DNA from: Vicinamibacterales bacterium
GTDB lineage: Bacteria; Acidobacteriota; Vicinamibacteria; Vicinamibacterales; UBA8438
DNA length: 64,000 nucleotides
Direction of reading: 5' to 3'
NCBI GenBank assembly: GCA_965207615.1
Contig: CBDBMZ010000003.1
Location: 3,949,855 to 4,013,854 of the forward strand
Positions 18,369 through 28,169 of this stretch are shown one piece after another; position 1 is the first letter of the stretch, and each line of letters starts with the position of its first letter. The notes under the pieces were generated by a model. It was given only the letters and a program-made list of their open reading frames with translations. It did no database searches and was not told where the DNA came from. The translations under genes and the position numbers were made by a program.

Positions 18369-18555
18369 CGATCTGTCCGTTGCGACGGCCCCGCCGACTC
18401 GCCGGTCCCGGTCGTGCCGGGTGGATTCGACCACCGGCGCCTGCCTGGAGCGCTTCCACTGCCACACCGCGCGCAGTCGTCGGTCGGGCCGCCGACCGCG
18501 CCAGCCGGGTCAGTCCACGCCGAACGTCGGCCGAGCGCGGACCGCGCCAGCCGCG

Positions 18556-20154
18556 TCAGTCGACGCCGAACGCCAGCAGCACGTTGCCGGGCCGGCCGCC
18601 GAACGCGGCGTAGCCCGAGTTGACGTAGACCATGCCCCCGACGACGACGGGGCCGGGGCCGTTGATCGACCCGCCCCGGGCCTCGACGCCGTTCACCGTC
18701 TCGTGCTCGCCGTTGGTGTCGAACTCCCAGAGGACCGAACCGTTGTCGGCATCATAGGCGCGGAACAGGCCGTCGTAGGCGCCCGAGAAGACGGCGCCGG
18801 GAATGGCGGTGATAGCGGCCAGCAGAGCCGGGCTGCACCCCTCGCAGACCGGCTCGTGCGGCTCGGCGAACCAGACCAGCTCGCCGGTCGTCAGGCGCAC
18901 CGCGGCGAGGCCCCCGGGCTCCGGCGTCAGGTAGTCCGAGTTGGCGAAGTAGGCCTTCTCGTCATCGACCGCGAAGCCCCACTCGATGCCGCCGAGCGCG
19001 CTGCCCACCCCCACCTGGTAGCGCCAGACGACGGCGCCGCCACGGTCCGGGTCGAGGGCGTAGCCCACCCCCGCCTTCTGGCCGATGACGAGGAGGTCGC
19101 GGCCGCCCGCCGCCGTCACCAACACCGGCGACGCGCCGAAGTCGAAGTCGGGGCCGTCCTCCTCCGGACAGTTGGGGTTGTCGCCGCCGCAGTTGAGGAT
19201 GAACGCGTCGTCGGGCGTGAGCTGGTTGGTCCACCGGACCGCGCCGGTCTCGAGGTCGAACGCGATGATCGCGTCGCTCGTGGCGGCGGCGGGCTCGGTG
19301 TAGGCGTTGCCGGTCGCGGCGTAGACGACCCCGCGCTCGGCGTCGACGGTCGGCGCCGACCACACGGCGGCGCCGGACGGCCCCATGAGGGCGGCGCCGT
19401 CGGGGTTGCGCCCGCGCTCGCGCGGCGCCTCCTCGATGGTGTGGCTCTGCCAGAGCAGCTCGCCCGTCGCCGCGTCGAGGGCGGCGATGCTGCCGCGGAA
19501 CGTACAGCAGGGATAGCGGGGGTTGGCGGCGAGCAGCTCCTCGAGGGAGGACACCGGCACGTAGAGCCGGCCGCCGTGCTCGACCGGCGCCCCGGTGATG
19601 CGGGCGCCCCGGTGGGTCTCGACGTCCCGGCGCCAGATCTCGGCCCCGGTCGCGGCGTCGAGGGCATAGACGTTGGCCGTGAAGTCGCCGAAGAAGAGCG
19701 CGTGCGGACCGTCGGCGAGGCGGGTCACGGTCATCGCGCTGCGGACGCCGCTCGCCGCCTCGAAGGTCCAGTGGGTGCAGCCGGTGGCGGCATCGAGCGC
19801 GTAGACCACGCCGCGCTCGCTGGCCACGAACAGCCGTCCCCCCACCACCGTCGGCTGCGACTGCGCGGTGGCCGAGCGCGGGTAGCCGAACGCCCACTTG
19901 AGACGCAGGCGCGGCACGTCCTCGGCCGCGAGCCCGGCTTGGTCCGCCGGCTGGAAGCGGGCGTTGGCCACCCCGGCCCCCCAGCCGTTCCACCGGGGAC
20001 CGCCGTCCAGCCCCGGCCAGTCCGCCGGCGACGAGATGGCGCAGGCGCCGTCCGGACCCGCCGCACCAGGCGGCTGGGCGGCGGCCGGCCCGGTGGCGGC
20101 GGTGAGGGCGAACGCCCCTGCCAACAACGGCACGGCCACGAGAGACTTGCGCAT
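18556..20154 (-). CDS. PQQ-like beta-propeller repeat protein (PQQ-dehydrogenase/BamB-like)
   Basis: ATG at 20154 with signal MRKSLVAVPLLAGAFALTAATGPAAA. Units of the form YALDAATG...W recur through the protein. Confidence 0.85.
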   Translation of the reverse strand: MRKSLVAVPLLAGAFALTAATGPAAAQPPGAAGPDGACAISSPADWPGLDGGPRWNGWGAGVANARFQPADQAGLAAEDVPRLRLKWAFGYPRSATAQSQPTVVGGRLFVASERGVVYALDAATGCTHWTFEAASGVRSAMTVTRLADGPHALFFGDFTANVYALDAATGAEIWRRDVETHRGARITGAPVEHGGRLYVPVSSLEELLAANPRYPCCTFRGSIAALDAATGELLWQSHTIEEAPRERGRNPDGAALMGPSGAAVWSAPTVDAERGVVYAATGNAYTEPAAATSDAIIAFDLETGAVRWTNQLTPDDAFILNCGGDNPNCPEEDGPDFDFGASPVLVTAAGGRDLLVIGQKAGVGYALDPDRGGAVVWRYQVGVGSALGGIEWGFAVDDEKAYFANSDYLTPEPGGLAAVRLTTGELVWFAEPHEPVCEGCSPALLAAITAIPGAVFSGAYDGLFRAYDADNGSVLWEFDTNGEHETVNGVEARGGSINGPGPVVVGGMVYVNSGYAAFGGRPGNVLLAFGVD

Positions 20155-20544
20155 CGGGACTCCTGGATTCACTGGATGTGAGGAAGGCGATTGGGGAAAC
20201 GAGGCAGGCGCCTCCCGACGGCCCTGCACTCCGCGTCCAACCGGGACGAATAGGATACGCCGATACCGAGAGCGGTCGCACTGAAGCGCTGTCTCCCGGC
20301 CGGCCGGATGTCCGCGGGAAGTACCCCGCCGACCGCGGGGCTCCCGCGGCCCTCGGCGGCCGCCCCGCTTCCTTCGGGCCGCGACGCTCCGACGCGACGG
20401 GGTCGCTCCTGCCGCAGCCCAAGGCCGGACCGCGCCCCTTCCGGCGCCTCGCGGCTCTCGGTCCCTCGGAGATCCCGCGGGCTGCTAGAATGGCGGCGCG
20501 AAACCCGCGGCCGCTCGATTCCCGGCACCGACGAGACCCGACCC

Positions 20545-21576
20545 ATGCGCGACTTCCTGGCCCAGACCCTCGCGGAGAGCCCGACCCGCGAGTGGATGGT
20601 GTACCTGCTCGGCAACGTCCCGGGCCTGCCCCCGATCGCCCAGTCGTTCCACATCATGGGCATCGCCGCGGTGGTCGGCTCGATCGTCATGGTCGACCTG
20701 CGGTTCCTGGGCATCGCGCTGCGCGGCCACGACGTCAGCGAGATGATCCGGCGGCTGCTGCCGTGGACGTGGTGCGCCCTCGCGGTCAACTTCGCGTCCG
20801 GCATGCTCTTCGTCCTCGCGCGGCCGGTCCGCTACTTCTACAACCCCGTCGCCACCTTCAAGTTCTCGCTGCTCCTGCTCGCCGTCGGGCTCGCCTTCCT
20901 CATCTACTGGAAGAACCGCAAGGAGCACGGCTACTGGGAGGAGTCGGAGGACCGCCTGCTGGTGGCGCGGCTCATCGCCGGCGTGTCGCTCCTGGCCTGG
21001 ATCGGCATCATGATGGCGGGGCGCTGGATCGCGTACTCCGAGTACATCACCGACCCCTTCCCGATTCCGTTCCCCTGGGAGAGCCTCGAGGCGTACCCCT
21101 CCATCTGGCAGTGGCTGCAGGACCACCCGCTCTCGCAGCACATCGGCTTCACCTGGTGGTTCCCGATGCTGGAGTCGATCCACGTGATCGGGATCGGCCT
21201 CGTCGTCGGCACCATCCTGACCGTCGACCTGCGGCTGCTCGGCCTCGCGGCGACGCGGTACCCGGTCAGCCAGATCACCGGCAAGCTGCTCCCCTGGACC
21301 TGGGCCGCCTTCGTCGTGGCCGCCGTCACCGGCTTCGGCATGTTCATGACCCGCGCGCCCGCGTACCTGGACAACACCGCCTTTCAGATCAAGCTGCTGC
21401 TGCTGCCGCTCGCGTTCATCAACATGGCCGTCTTCCATTTCCGGACGTTCCGCGGCGTCGGCGCGTGGGACGCGGCCGAGGAGCTGCCCCCGGCCGCACG
21501 CTTCGCCGGGGGCGCGTCGCTGCTGATCTGGGCCGGCATCGTGCTCGCCGGCCGCTGGACCGGCCACCTCATCTGA
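20545..21576 (+). CDS. Polytopic membrane protein with internal duplication (family not recognised)
   Basis: ATG at 20545. Two homologous halves each carry H-x-hG-I-x-hVG-x-I-x-x-VDLR-x-LG (FHIMGIAAVVGSIVMVDLRFLG and IHVIGIGLVVGTILTVDLRLLG). Confidence 0.7.
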   Translation: MRDFLAQTLAESPTREWMVYLLGNVPGLPPIAQSFHIMGIAAVVGSIVMVDLRFLGIALRGHDVSEMIRRLLPWTWCALAVNFASGMLFVLARPVRYFYNPVATFKFSLLLLAVGLAFLIYWKNRKEHGYWEESEDRLLVARLIAGVSLLAWIGIMMAGRWIAYSEYITDPFPIPFPWESLEAYPSIWQWLQDHPLSQHIGFTWWFPMLESIHVIGIGLVVGTILTVDLRLLGLAATRYPVSQITGKLLPWTWAAFVVAAVTGFGMFMTRAPAYLDNTAFQIKLLLLPLAFINMAVFHFRTFRGVGAWDAAEELPPAARFAGGASLLIWAGIVLAGRWTGHLI

Positions 21577-21836
21577 CCGGTTCACACCGTCCCGCCGGCG
21601 GCTCACTCGCATCGGAAGCACGGCGGCGGCGAGACGCGGGGACGCCGGCGGGCCGCACGGTCGCCGTGCGCCACCCGAGCGGGCTCGTCTCCAGCCCCTC
21701 ATGGCCCATTCCTGCTGAACCTGCACGAAAGTGCTCGGTAACTTTGGTTCCGGCCAGACTCGACAAGACCGTGTGTTGACCCGCGCACCCGCGGCGGGTG
21801 AGACTCCCGGGCGCCTGCGGCGGGCCGGGCGGGCGC

Positions 21837-24248
21837 TCATTCGCTGCGCAGGGCGGCGGCGGTGTCGAGACGCGCGGCGCGGCGGGCCGGCAGGTCGCTG
21901 GCGAGAGCGCCGGCCGACAGCAGCCCGAGCAGGCCGGCGGCCAGCGTCGCGGCGTCGTGGGGGCCGATGCCGTAGAGCTGGCTCTCGAGCAGCCGCGTCA
22001 GGGGCACCGCGGCGGCGAGACCGACCAGCGCCCCCGCCGCGACGAGCCGCAACCCCTGGGCGAGTACCATCCAGCGCAACGAAACCTCGCGGGCCCCGAG
22101 GGCCACCCGGATCGCGAGCTCGCGCGTCCGCTGGCCCACCGCCATCGTCAGCACGGCGTACAGCCCGCCCATCGTCAGCACCAGGGTGACCAGGGCGAGG
22201 AGGCCGGCGAGCAGGGCCGGCGCCCGCCAGCGGGCGAGCGCCTCGTCGACCCGGTCTCGCAGCGTGCCCGCGCCGCTCAGCGGCACCCCTGGATCGAGGT
22301 CGGCGAGCACCCGCCGAACGTGCCCCAGGGTGGGGCCGACGTCGGCGCCCGACCGGGCGTGGACGAACGCCCGGGGGAAGAAGCGCTGGGCCAGGGGCAG
22401 GTAGGCGAGCGGCCGGGTCGCCTCGGCCAGGGCGTGGTAGCGCACGTCGTCGACCACGCCGATCACCGTCCGGTCCCCGCCGCTGAGCGGGAACGTCAGC
22501 ACCTGCCCGACGGCGGGGCGGCCGGGCCAGAGGCGCTCCGCCAGCGTGCGGTTGACGATGGCCACGAGCGCCGAGTCGGCGTGGTCCGCGGCGGTGAACT
22601 CGCGGCCCTCCAGCACCGCGACGCCGAGGGTGCGGAAGTAGTCGGCGGACACCGCGTTCCCCAGCACCTGCAGGGGGGTCCCCGGGATCTCCACCGAGAC
22701 GGACAGCCTGAACTCGCTGAACGGGGTGTGCCAGGCGAGCGCCGCGGCGGTGACCGGCCCGCCGTCGCGGAGCGCGTCGAGGAGCCGCCGGTAGAAGACA
22801 TGCCCCTCGGCGTCGGAATAGCCGGCCGTGTGGAGCTGGGCGACGACGATTCCCTCGGGGACGAAGCCGTGCCGAATCGACGCGACGCCGTGGGCGCTGC
22901 GCAGCAGGAGCCCCGCCGCGACCACCAGGACCGCGGACACCGCGACCTGCGCCCCCACCAGCACCCGCTGGCGGCCGCCGCGGCCCGTCACCCTGGGCCC
23001 GGACGCCCCCGCGAGGGCCGGCGGCCGGATGGACGTCACGAGCAGCAGGCCGAGGCAGACGGCCGCCCACGTCGCCCCGGCGACGGCCACCGTCCAGAGC
23101 GCGGCGCCGGCGCCCGGGCCCGCCGCCTCGCCGAGCGGCGCCAGTTGCGGCAGCGCCGACAGGACGGCGCCCACCCAGCGCAGGGCCACGAGCGCGGCCA
23201 GCCCCCCGGCCGCGACCAGCACCGCCAGCTCCGCCGCGAGGGGACGGACGAGGTCGCGGCGCGAGGCCCCCAGCGCGCGCCGCACCGCCAGCTCCTGGGC
23301 CTGCTCGGCCCCGCGGGTCAGCAGCAGCAGGGCCATGTTGCTGCACGCGGCCAGAAGGAAGACACCCGTGATGACGGCCAGCACGGCCAGGAACCGGGAG
23401 GCCTCGCGGTGATAATCGGGACCGAGCCGGAGGTGATTGACAGGCCGGGCGACGAAGCGCCAGTCCCCGGTACGCAGCTCTGCCGACTCGGGGGGCAGCC
23501 GGGCCCGGGCCAGCGCCGCCAGCACCGCGGCGTCGCCGCGCGACGCCGAGGCGTCGAGCCGCCCGACCGTGTCCAGCCAGACCCGGAAGGGACCGAGCAT
23601 GTCGGGACGACCGGGCAGGAGCTGGTGGACCGCCGACAGCGGCACCCAGAAGTCCGGGTCGTGGGCGGGGCCGGGAAGCGGGTTGTCGGCGACGCCGACG
23701 ATCGTGAACGCCTGCGGTCCCAGGCGCACGGTGCGCCCGACGAGGTCCGGGTCCCGGCCGAAGCGCGTCGTCCACGCGCGGCGGGAAACGACGGCCACCG
23801 GGGCGCCGCCCGGGTCGTCGTCCGACGGGGCCAGCAAGCGGCCGAGCGCGGGCTCCGCCTCGAGGAGCGTGAAGAAGTCGCCGGAGACCAGGGCGGCCTC
23901 CAGCCGGGCGGGCGCCCCTCCGACGACCACGGTGACGTCCAGGCTCCCGAAGGCCGCGAGGGAGAACGCCTCCGTCTCGGCCCCCACCTCGCGCAGCCGG
24001 AGGTACTCGGGATGGCTGAGGGACGAGAAGTAGCCGTCCTCGGCCCAAATGGCGAGCGTGAGGAGCCGGTCCGATCCGGGCAGGTCGAGGGGCCGCCAGA
24101 AGTGCCGATCCAGCGTCGACAGCACCACCGCCGGGATGCTGAACGCGAGGGCCAGCGTGAGCACTGCGGTCACCGCGAACGTGCGGCGGTGGGCCAGCGT
24201 TCGCAACGCGCGGCGAAGGCTCACCGGTACAGGCACGCATCGGATCAT
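21837..24248 (-). CDS. ADOP-family duplicated FtsX/MacB-type ABC permease (intact)
   Basis: ATG at 24248 (MIRCVPVPVSLRRALRTLAHRRTFAVTAVLTLALAFS). Two MacB periplasmic/FtsX modules are present. The C-terminus is QRTRELAIRVALGA...LPARRAARLDTAAALRSE. Confidence 0.9.
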   Translation of the reverse strand: MIRCVPVPVSLRRALRTLAHRRTFAVTAVLTLALAFSIPAVVLSTLDRHFWRPLDLPGSDRLLTLAIWAEDGYFSSLSHPEYLRLREVGAETEAFSLAAFGSLDVTVVVGGAPARLEAALVSGDFFTLLEAEPALGRLLAPSDDDPGGAPVAVVSRRAWTTRFGRDPDLVGRTVRLGPQAFTIVGVADNPLPGPAHDPDFWVPLSAVHQLLPGRPDMLGPFRVWLDTVGRLDASASRGDAAVLAALARARLPPESAELRTGDWRFVARPVNHLRLGPDYHREASRFLAVLAVITGVFLLAACSNMALLLLTRGAEQAQELAVRRALGASRRDLVRPLAAELAVLVAAGGLAALVALRWVGAVLSALPQLAPLGEAAGPGAGAALWTVAVAGATWAAVCLGLLLVTSIRPPALAGASGPRVTGRGGRQRVLVGAQVAVSAVLVVAAGLLLRSAHGVASIRHGFVPEGIVVAQLHTAGYSDAEGHVFYRRLLDALRDGGPVTAAALAWHTPFSEFRLSVSVEIPGTPLQVLGNAVSADYFRTLGVAVLEGREFTAADHADSALVAIVNRTLAERLWPGRPAVGQVLTFPLSGGDRTVIGVVDDVRYHALAEATRPLAYLPLAQRFFPRAFVHARSGADVGPTLGHVRRVLADLDPGVPLSGAGTLRDRVDEALARWRAPALLAGLLALVTLVLTMGGLYAVLTMAVGQRTRELAIRVALGAREVSLRWMVLAQGLRLVAAGALVGLAAAVPLTRLLESQLYGIGPHDAATLAAGLLGLLSAGALASDLPARRAARLDTAAALRSE

Positions 24249-24337
24249 GCAGAGCGCACCGGAAGTCTGCAACCACCACTCTTCCGGGGACCCCGACGCG
24301 TCCCCACACAAGTCACGCCAGCCGGTGCGTAGCCGGC

Positions 24338-24377
24338 TTGACAAACTGCAGGCCGCAACGTACTAATTCACTAGTAG
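24338..24377 (+). promoter_or_regulatory. Candidate promoter and dyad operator of the BlaI-like repressor
   Basis: TTGACA lies at 24338-24343 and an ACTAAT-like -10 follows after an 18-nt spacer. The dyad TACTA-N6-TAGTA (24361-24376) overlaps the -10 and ends 3 nt before ATG 24380. Confidence 0.35.
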
Positions 24378-24379
24378 TC

Positions 24380-24769
24380 ATGCCGCGCCAACGTCCTCCC
24401 CTCGCCGAACAGGAGCTCGAGATCATGCGGGTCGTCTGGGACCGCGGCGAGGTGACCGTGCGCGAGGTCTACGAGGAGTTCCGAGCGCGCCGGCCCGTCG
24501 CGTACACGACGGTGCTGACGACGATGCGGATCCTCGAGCAGAAGGGGCATCTCGCCGTCAGCCGCGCGACGCGGGCCCACGTCTATCGCGCGCGGTCCAC
24601 CCGCGAGGGGGTCCTCGGGGCGATGGTCCGCCACTTCGTCGACCGCGTGTTCGGCGGCGCGGCCGAGCCGCTCGTGCAGCACCTCGTCCGCGACAGGCGG
24701 CTCAGCGCAGACGACCTCCGCGACATCGCGAGCCGGCTGAACGGGCCGCACAAGGACGATGACGGCTGA
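24380..24769 (+). CDS. BlaI/MecI/CopY-family transcriptional repressor
   Basis: LAEQELEIMRVVWDRGEVTVREVYEEF...AYTTVLTTMRILEQKGHL is the canonical Penicillinase_R winged helix. Confidence 0.9.
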   Translation: MPRQRPPLAEQELEIMRVVWDRGEVTVREVYEEFRARRPVAYTTVLTTMRILEQKGHLAVSRATRAHVYRARSTREGVLGAMVRHFVDRVFGGAAEPLVQHLVRDRRLSADDLRDIASRLNGPHKDDDG

Positions 24770-26339
24770 GCTGCTCGCGCAGAACGTCGTCGCGCACTGG
24801 CTGCAGGCCGCCGGCGTGGCCGGGGCCGCCTGGCTCGGCGTGGCCGTCCTCCGGCTTCGCGAGCCCCGCTTCCTGCTGAAGTACTGGCAGGTGGTGCTCC
24901 TGGTGCTGCTGCTCGCACCGTGGATCCAGCCCTGGCCGCCGGCCGCGGCAACCCCCGCCCACGGACTGCCCCCGGCCGCGCCCGAGCGGGAGTCCGCGGG
25001 CGTCGCCGGCGTCTCGGTGGCCGACAGCGTCGTCGCCCTGCCCGCCGAGCGGTGGAACGTCGACCCGTGGGCGTGGGTCCTGGGGCTCCTGGCCGCGGTC
25101 GCCGTCTTCCGGCTGGCGCGGCTGGGGCTGGGCCTCGTGCGGCTCGGCCGTCTCGCCGGCTCGGCGGACCGGGTCGCGCCGCCGGCGCCGGCGCGGGAGC
25201 TCCTGGCGCGGTTCCGGACGCCGGCCGCCTTCATCCAGCCGCCGGACGTCCGGATGCCCTGCAGCTTCGGGCTGTTCCGCCCGACCGTGGTGCTGCCCGC
25301 CGCCTTCGACCGGCTCGAGCCGGCGTTCCAGCGCGGCATCGTCTGCCACGAGCTGCTCCACCTCGAACGACGCGACTTCGCAGCCGCGGTGGCCGAGGAA
25401 GTGGCGGCGGCGCTGCTGTGGTTCCACCCCTGGGCGTGGCTGATCCGCGGGCGCATCCGCCTGCACCGGGAGCAGGTCGTCGATGCCGCGGTCGTGCGCC
25501 GCACCGGCGATCGGCGCGCCTACCTGCGGTGTCTCGTCGCGCTGGCGGGGCACCCGCGTGCGTTACCGCTCGCGGCGCCGATGCTGCGGTCGACGGAGCT
25601 GCGCGCCAGGGCCGATGCCCTGTTCGAGGAGGGCGGCACGATGTCTGGACGAGCGGCGGCGGCGCTCGCGGTTGCGCTGAGCGCGGCGCTGGGTGCGGCG
25701 GTCTGGACGGCGGCGGCGACGGTTCCGCTGCGTGCCGCCGCGACGCCGGCTCCGAGGGTCGCCGCCGCGCGGGAGTCGGCGCCGCAGGCGCCCCGCGCCG
25801 GTCGGCCGGCAACCGGGGCGACGATAGGGGTCGCCGCCGCGCGGGGGCCGGTGCCGCAGCCGCCCCGGGCCGGTCGGCCGGCAACCGGGATGACGATCAC
25901 GCTGTTCGCCGCCGCCCTCCGGCCCGAGCCACCAGCACCGGGCGCGGGTCGGCCGGCGACCTCCGCTGGCGGCCGGCGGCCGCCTCGGTCGAACGGAGCG
26001 GACCATGCGAGGCAACGGGCCACGGCGGTCCTGCAAGAGCTGCGACAAGGGCTCTCCGCGATAGCCGACCGGTTGGGGGACGACGCGACGGCGGGCGATC
26101 TGCAGCAACAGGTCACCGGGATGCAGGAACGACTCGCCGGGTTGAACGAGCGGCTTGCGGGCCGGCCAACCTGGTCGTGGACGCTCGCCTTCACCCCGCC
26201 CGACGAACGGGAGGGCGTCGACGTGAGCCGCGAGCGCATGCACGAGGCGACGCCGTCGCATGCGGTGGCGGAAGATGCCGCACGGTGGAGCCAGGGGCGG
26301 CAGCAAGGCATCGGTAATCGCGTGGAGGGAAGACCATGA
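24759..26339 (+). CDS. M56-family (BlaR1-like) membrane metalloprotease/sensor
   Basis: ATG 24759 overlaps the blaI-like gene by 11 nt. TM helices are followed by the zinc motif HELLHLERRD. The C-terminal tail carries three P-R/G-AGRPAT repeats. Confidence 0.85.
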   Translation: MTAELLAQNVVAHWLQAAGVAGAAWLGVAVLRLREPRFLLKYWQVVLLVLLLAPWIQPWPPAAATPAHGLPPAAPERESAGVAGVSVADSVVALPAERWNVDPWAWVLGLLAAVAVFRLARLGLGLVRLGRLAGSADRVAPPAPARELLARFRTPAAFIQPPDVRMPCSFGLFRPTVVLPAAFDRLEPAFQRGIVCHELLHLERRDFAAAVAEEVAAALLWFHPWAWLIRGRIRLHREQVVDAAVVRRTGDRRAYLRCLVALAGHPRALPLAAPMLRSTELRARADALFEEGGTMSGRAAAALAVALSAALGAAVWTAAATVPLRAAATPAPRVAAARESAPQAPRAGRPATGATIGVAAARGPVPQPPRAGRPATGMTITLFAAALRPEPPAPGAGRPATSAGGRRPPRSNGADHARQRATAVLQELRQGLSAIADRLGDDATAGDLQQQVTGMQERLAGLNERLAGRPTWSWTLAFTPPDEREGVDVSRERMHEATPSHAVAEDAARWSQGRQQGIGNRVEGRP

Positions 26340-26419
26340 CCCCGTCGATTCGTCCGCTCCGGCAACGTGGCTCACGGCTGACGCGCCGACGGCGGCGGGG
26401 TGTCCCACAGGAGTCGGCC

Positions 26420-27277
26420 ATGCGGTCAGGCGTGCTCGCGGCGGCGTTGGCGTTGGCGCTGGGTCTGACCGGTTGCGAGGCGACGGGCCAGCCACCGGAA
26501 GAGGCGACGGGCCAGCCACCGGAAGAGGCGACGGGCCAGCCACCGGAAGAGGCGACGGGCCAGTCACGGGAAGAGGCGACGGGCCAGCCACCGGAAGAGG
26601 CGACGGGCCGGCCACCGGAAGACGTCCAGCCCGAGGAAGGCGAAGGCGGTGACCGCGGGCTGCGCAGGCTGCCGGTCTTCCGCGCCCTCGACACCGACGA
26701 CGACGGCGAAATCTCCGCCGGCGAGATCGACGCGGCCCCGGAATCGCTCGCCTCCCTCGACGACGACAGCGACGGACGGCTCTCGGTCGACGAGCTGCGG
26801 CCCCGTCGGGCCGGCCCGCGCGTCTTCTTCGGCAGCAGCCCGGCAAGCCTCCCCGAGGGTTCTCGGATGATCACGCTGGGCGCCGACGAAGAGCTCGACA
26901 TGGCGGATCTGCCGCCGCAGCTCCGGAGTCTCCTGTCGCCCGCCGACGGCGACGGGGACGGCACCGTTTCCGGGGTGGAGCTCCTCGCCGCGATGATGGC
27001 GGCGCAGGCCGGAGAGTCGGGAGATCGGGAGCCCGGGAGCGCAGAAGGACCGATAGCGCCGCCGGAGGGCACCGGGACCGCTGGCGGGGATCCCCTGGCA
27101 CGGATGCCCCTCATGGCGGCCCTCGACCTGGACCAGGACGGCACGGTCTCAGAGACGGAGATCGAATCGGCGGCCCAGTCGTTGCGCATGCTCGACACCG
27201 ACGGCGACGGGCGCATCTTGCCAGACGAGCTTCAGCCCACTTCGAGCAGCGGTTCCAGCGGCAATCCGCCCGAGTGA
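26420..27277 (+). CDS. Lipoprotein with five canonical EF-hand calcium-binding loops
   Basis: AGGAG RBS, then ATG 26420. An alternative start is ATG 26336, which overlaps the BlaR1-like stop (ATGA). The lipobox is LALGLTGC. The loops are DTDDDGEISAGE, DDDSDGRLSVDE, DGDGDGTVSGVE, DLDQDGTVSETE and DTDGDGRILPDE. Confidence 0.75.
   Translation: MRSGVLAAALALALGLTGCEATGQPPEEATGQPPEEATGQPPEEATGQSREEATGQPPEEATGRPPEDVQPEEGEGGDRGLRRLPVFRALDTDDDGEISAGEIDAAPESLASLDDDSDGRLSVDELRPRRAGPRVFFGSSPASLPEGSRMITLGADEELDMADLPPQLRSLLSPADGDGDGTVSGVELLAAMMAAQAGESGDREPGSAEGPIAPPEGTGTAGGDPLARMPLMAALDLDQDGTVSETEIESAAQSLRMLDTDGDGRILPDELQPTSSSGSSGNPPE
26477..26620. repeat. 24-nt tandem repeat x6 inside the EF-hand lipoprotein gene
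   Basis: The unit GAGGCGACGGGCCAGCCACCGGAA recurs six times head to tail. The first three copies are identical and the last three carry point changes. It encodes (EATGQPPE)n just after the lipobox cysteine. Confidence 0.9.
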
Positions 27278-27419
27278 TGCGGCAGCGGGCCCCCGCCCCC
27301 CCCGCCCGCGACGCTCGGCTACCGGCGGGCGCCAGGCGCGAAGGGCGAGGCTGGCTGCGGCCGCCGAGAAACCGCCGCTCTTCAGGAATCCGGGCCGCAG
27401 GACGTGCCGCGTCCTTCGT

Positions 27420-28169
27420 TCACGCCGCCGCCGGCCGCGAGGGCTCGAACTTCCGCCGGTAGTATTCGGTCCATAGGATGATGGCGGGAATGCCGAGGGC
27501 CGTGGGCAAGAGCCACGGGACGACCGCCAGGGGTCCCGCGAGGTCGTAGGCCCACAGCCGCTGCGCTCCGAAGACCGCGAACGCGGTGTGGAACGCGATG
27601 CCGCCCCCCAGCATGGACCCGAGGTGGCTGTAGAACCAGCCCATGCGCCGCGCGCCGGGGCGCCGCATCAGCCGCAGCATGCCCGCCCCGGTGACGAGGC
27701 CGACGGGGCTCAGGCCCAGCAGGATCGGCGAGGCGTCGGACCGAACCGCCAGCGCGAACGCGACGACGGTGACGCTGCCGGCGATCGAGGCCCATGCGAG
27801 GGCCTCGTGGAGTGGCGTCCAAAGCCTCTCCGGCGACTTCCTCGTCTCGACCACGCGTATCGCGTGCCGCACCGTGGCGAAGGTCGCCACCCCGAGATAG
27901 CCGAGGAAGAGCGCGAAGCCCCAGGTCTCGGGCCGGTCCGCGGGACCGAGGCCCTGCGCCTGGAGGGCGGCGATGCGTCCCGCCGCCGCGGTGACCGCCG
28001 ACAGGGTCACGACGTAGGCGCAGTACGTGAAGACGCGGCCCGCCTGCACGTGCACCCGGCCGCCCTTCCTGGCGAACAGCGGGATCCAGAACGCGGCGAG
28101 GCCGACGAACCCGGTCGCGACGTGGGCCAGCACCAGGGCGTCCATCGCCAGGCTCACGATGCTCGTCAT
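27420..28169 (-). CDS. Hypothetical polytopic membrane protein co-transcribed with PadR
   Basis: ATG 28169 overlaps the PadR stop (ATGA). About 6-7 hydrophobic helices are visible. The family was not recognised. Confidence 0.7.
   Translation of the reverse strand: MTSIVSLAMDALVLAHVATGFVGLAAFWIPLFARKGGRVHVQAGRVFTYCAYVVTLSAVTAAAGRIAALQAQGLGPADRPETWGFALFLGYLGVATFATVRHAIRVVETRKSPERLWTPLHEALAWASIAGSVTVVAFALAVRSDASPILLGLSPVGLVTGAGMLRLMRRPGARRMGWFYSHLGSMLGGGIAFHTAFAVFGAQRLWAYDLAGPLAVVPWLLPTALGIPAIILWTEYYRRKFEPSRPAAA

Noticed and set aside
20485-24309. Giant ORFs of 870-1274 aa at 20485-24309 (-), 29550-33260 (-), 11200-14460 (+), 40440-43052 (+) and 58504-61242 (+).
   Set aside because: All are antisense to, or out of frame with, genes that have clear family signatures. 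Their Arg/Gly/Pro/Ala-dominated translations are the usual stop-codon-poor artefact of very high G+C.
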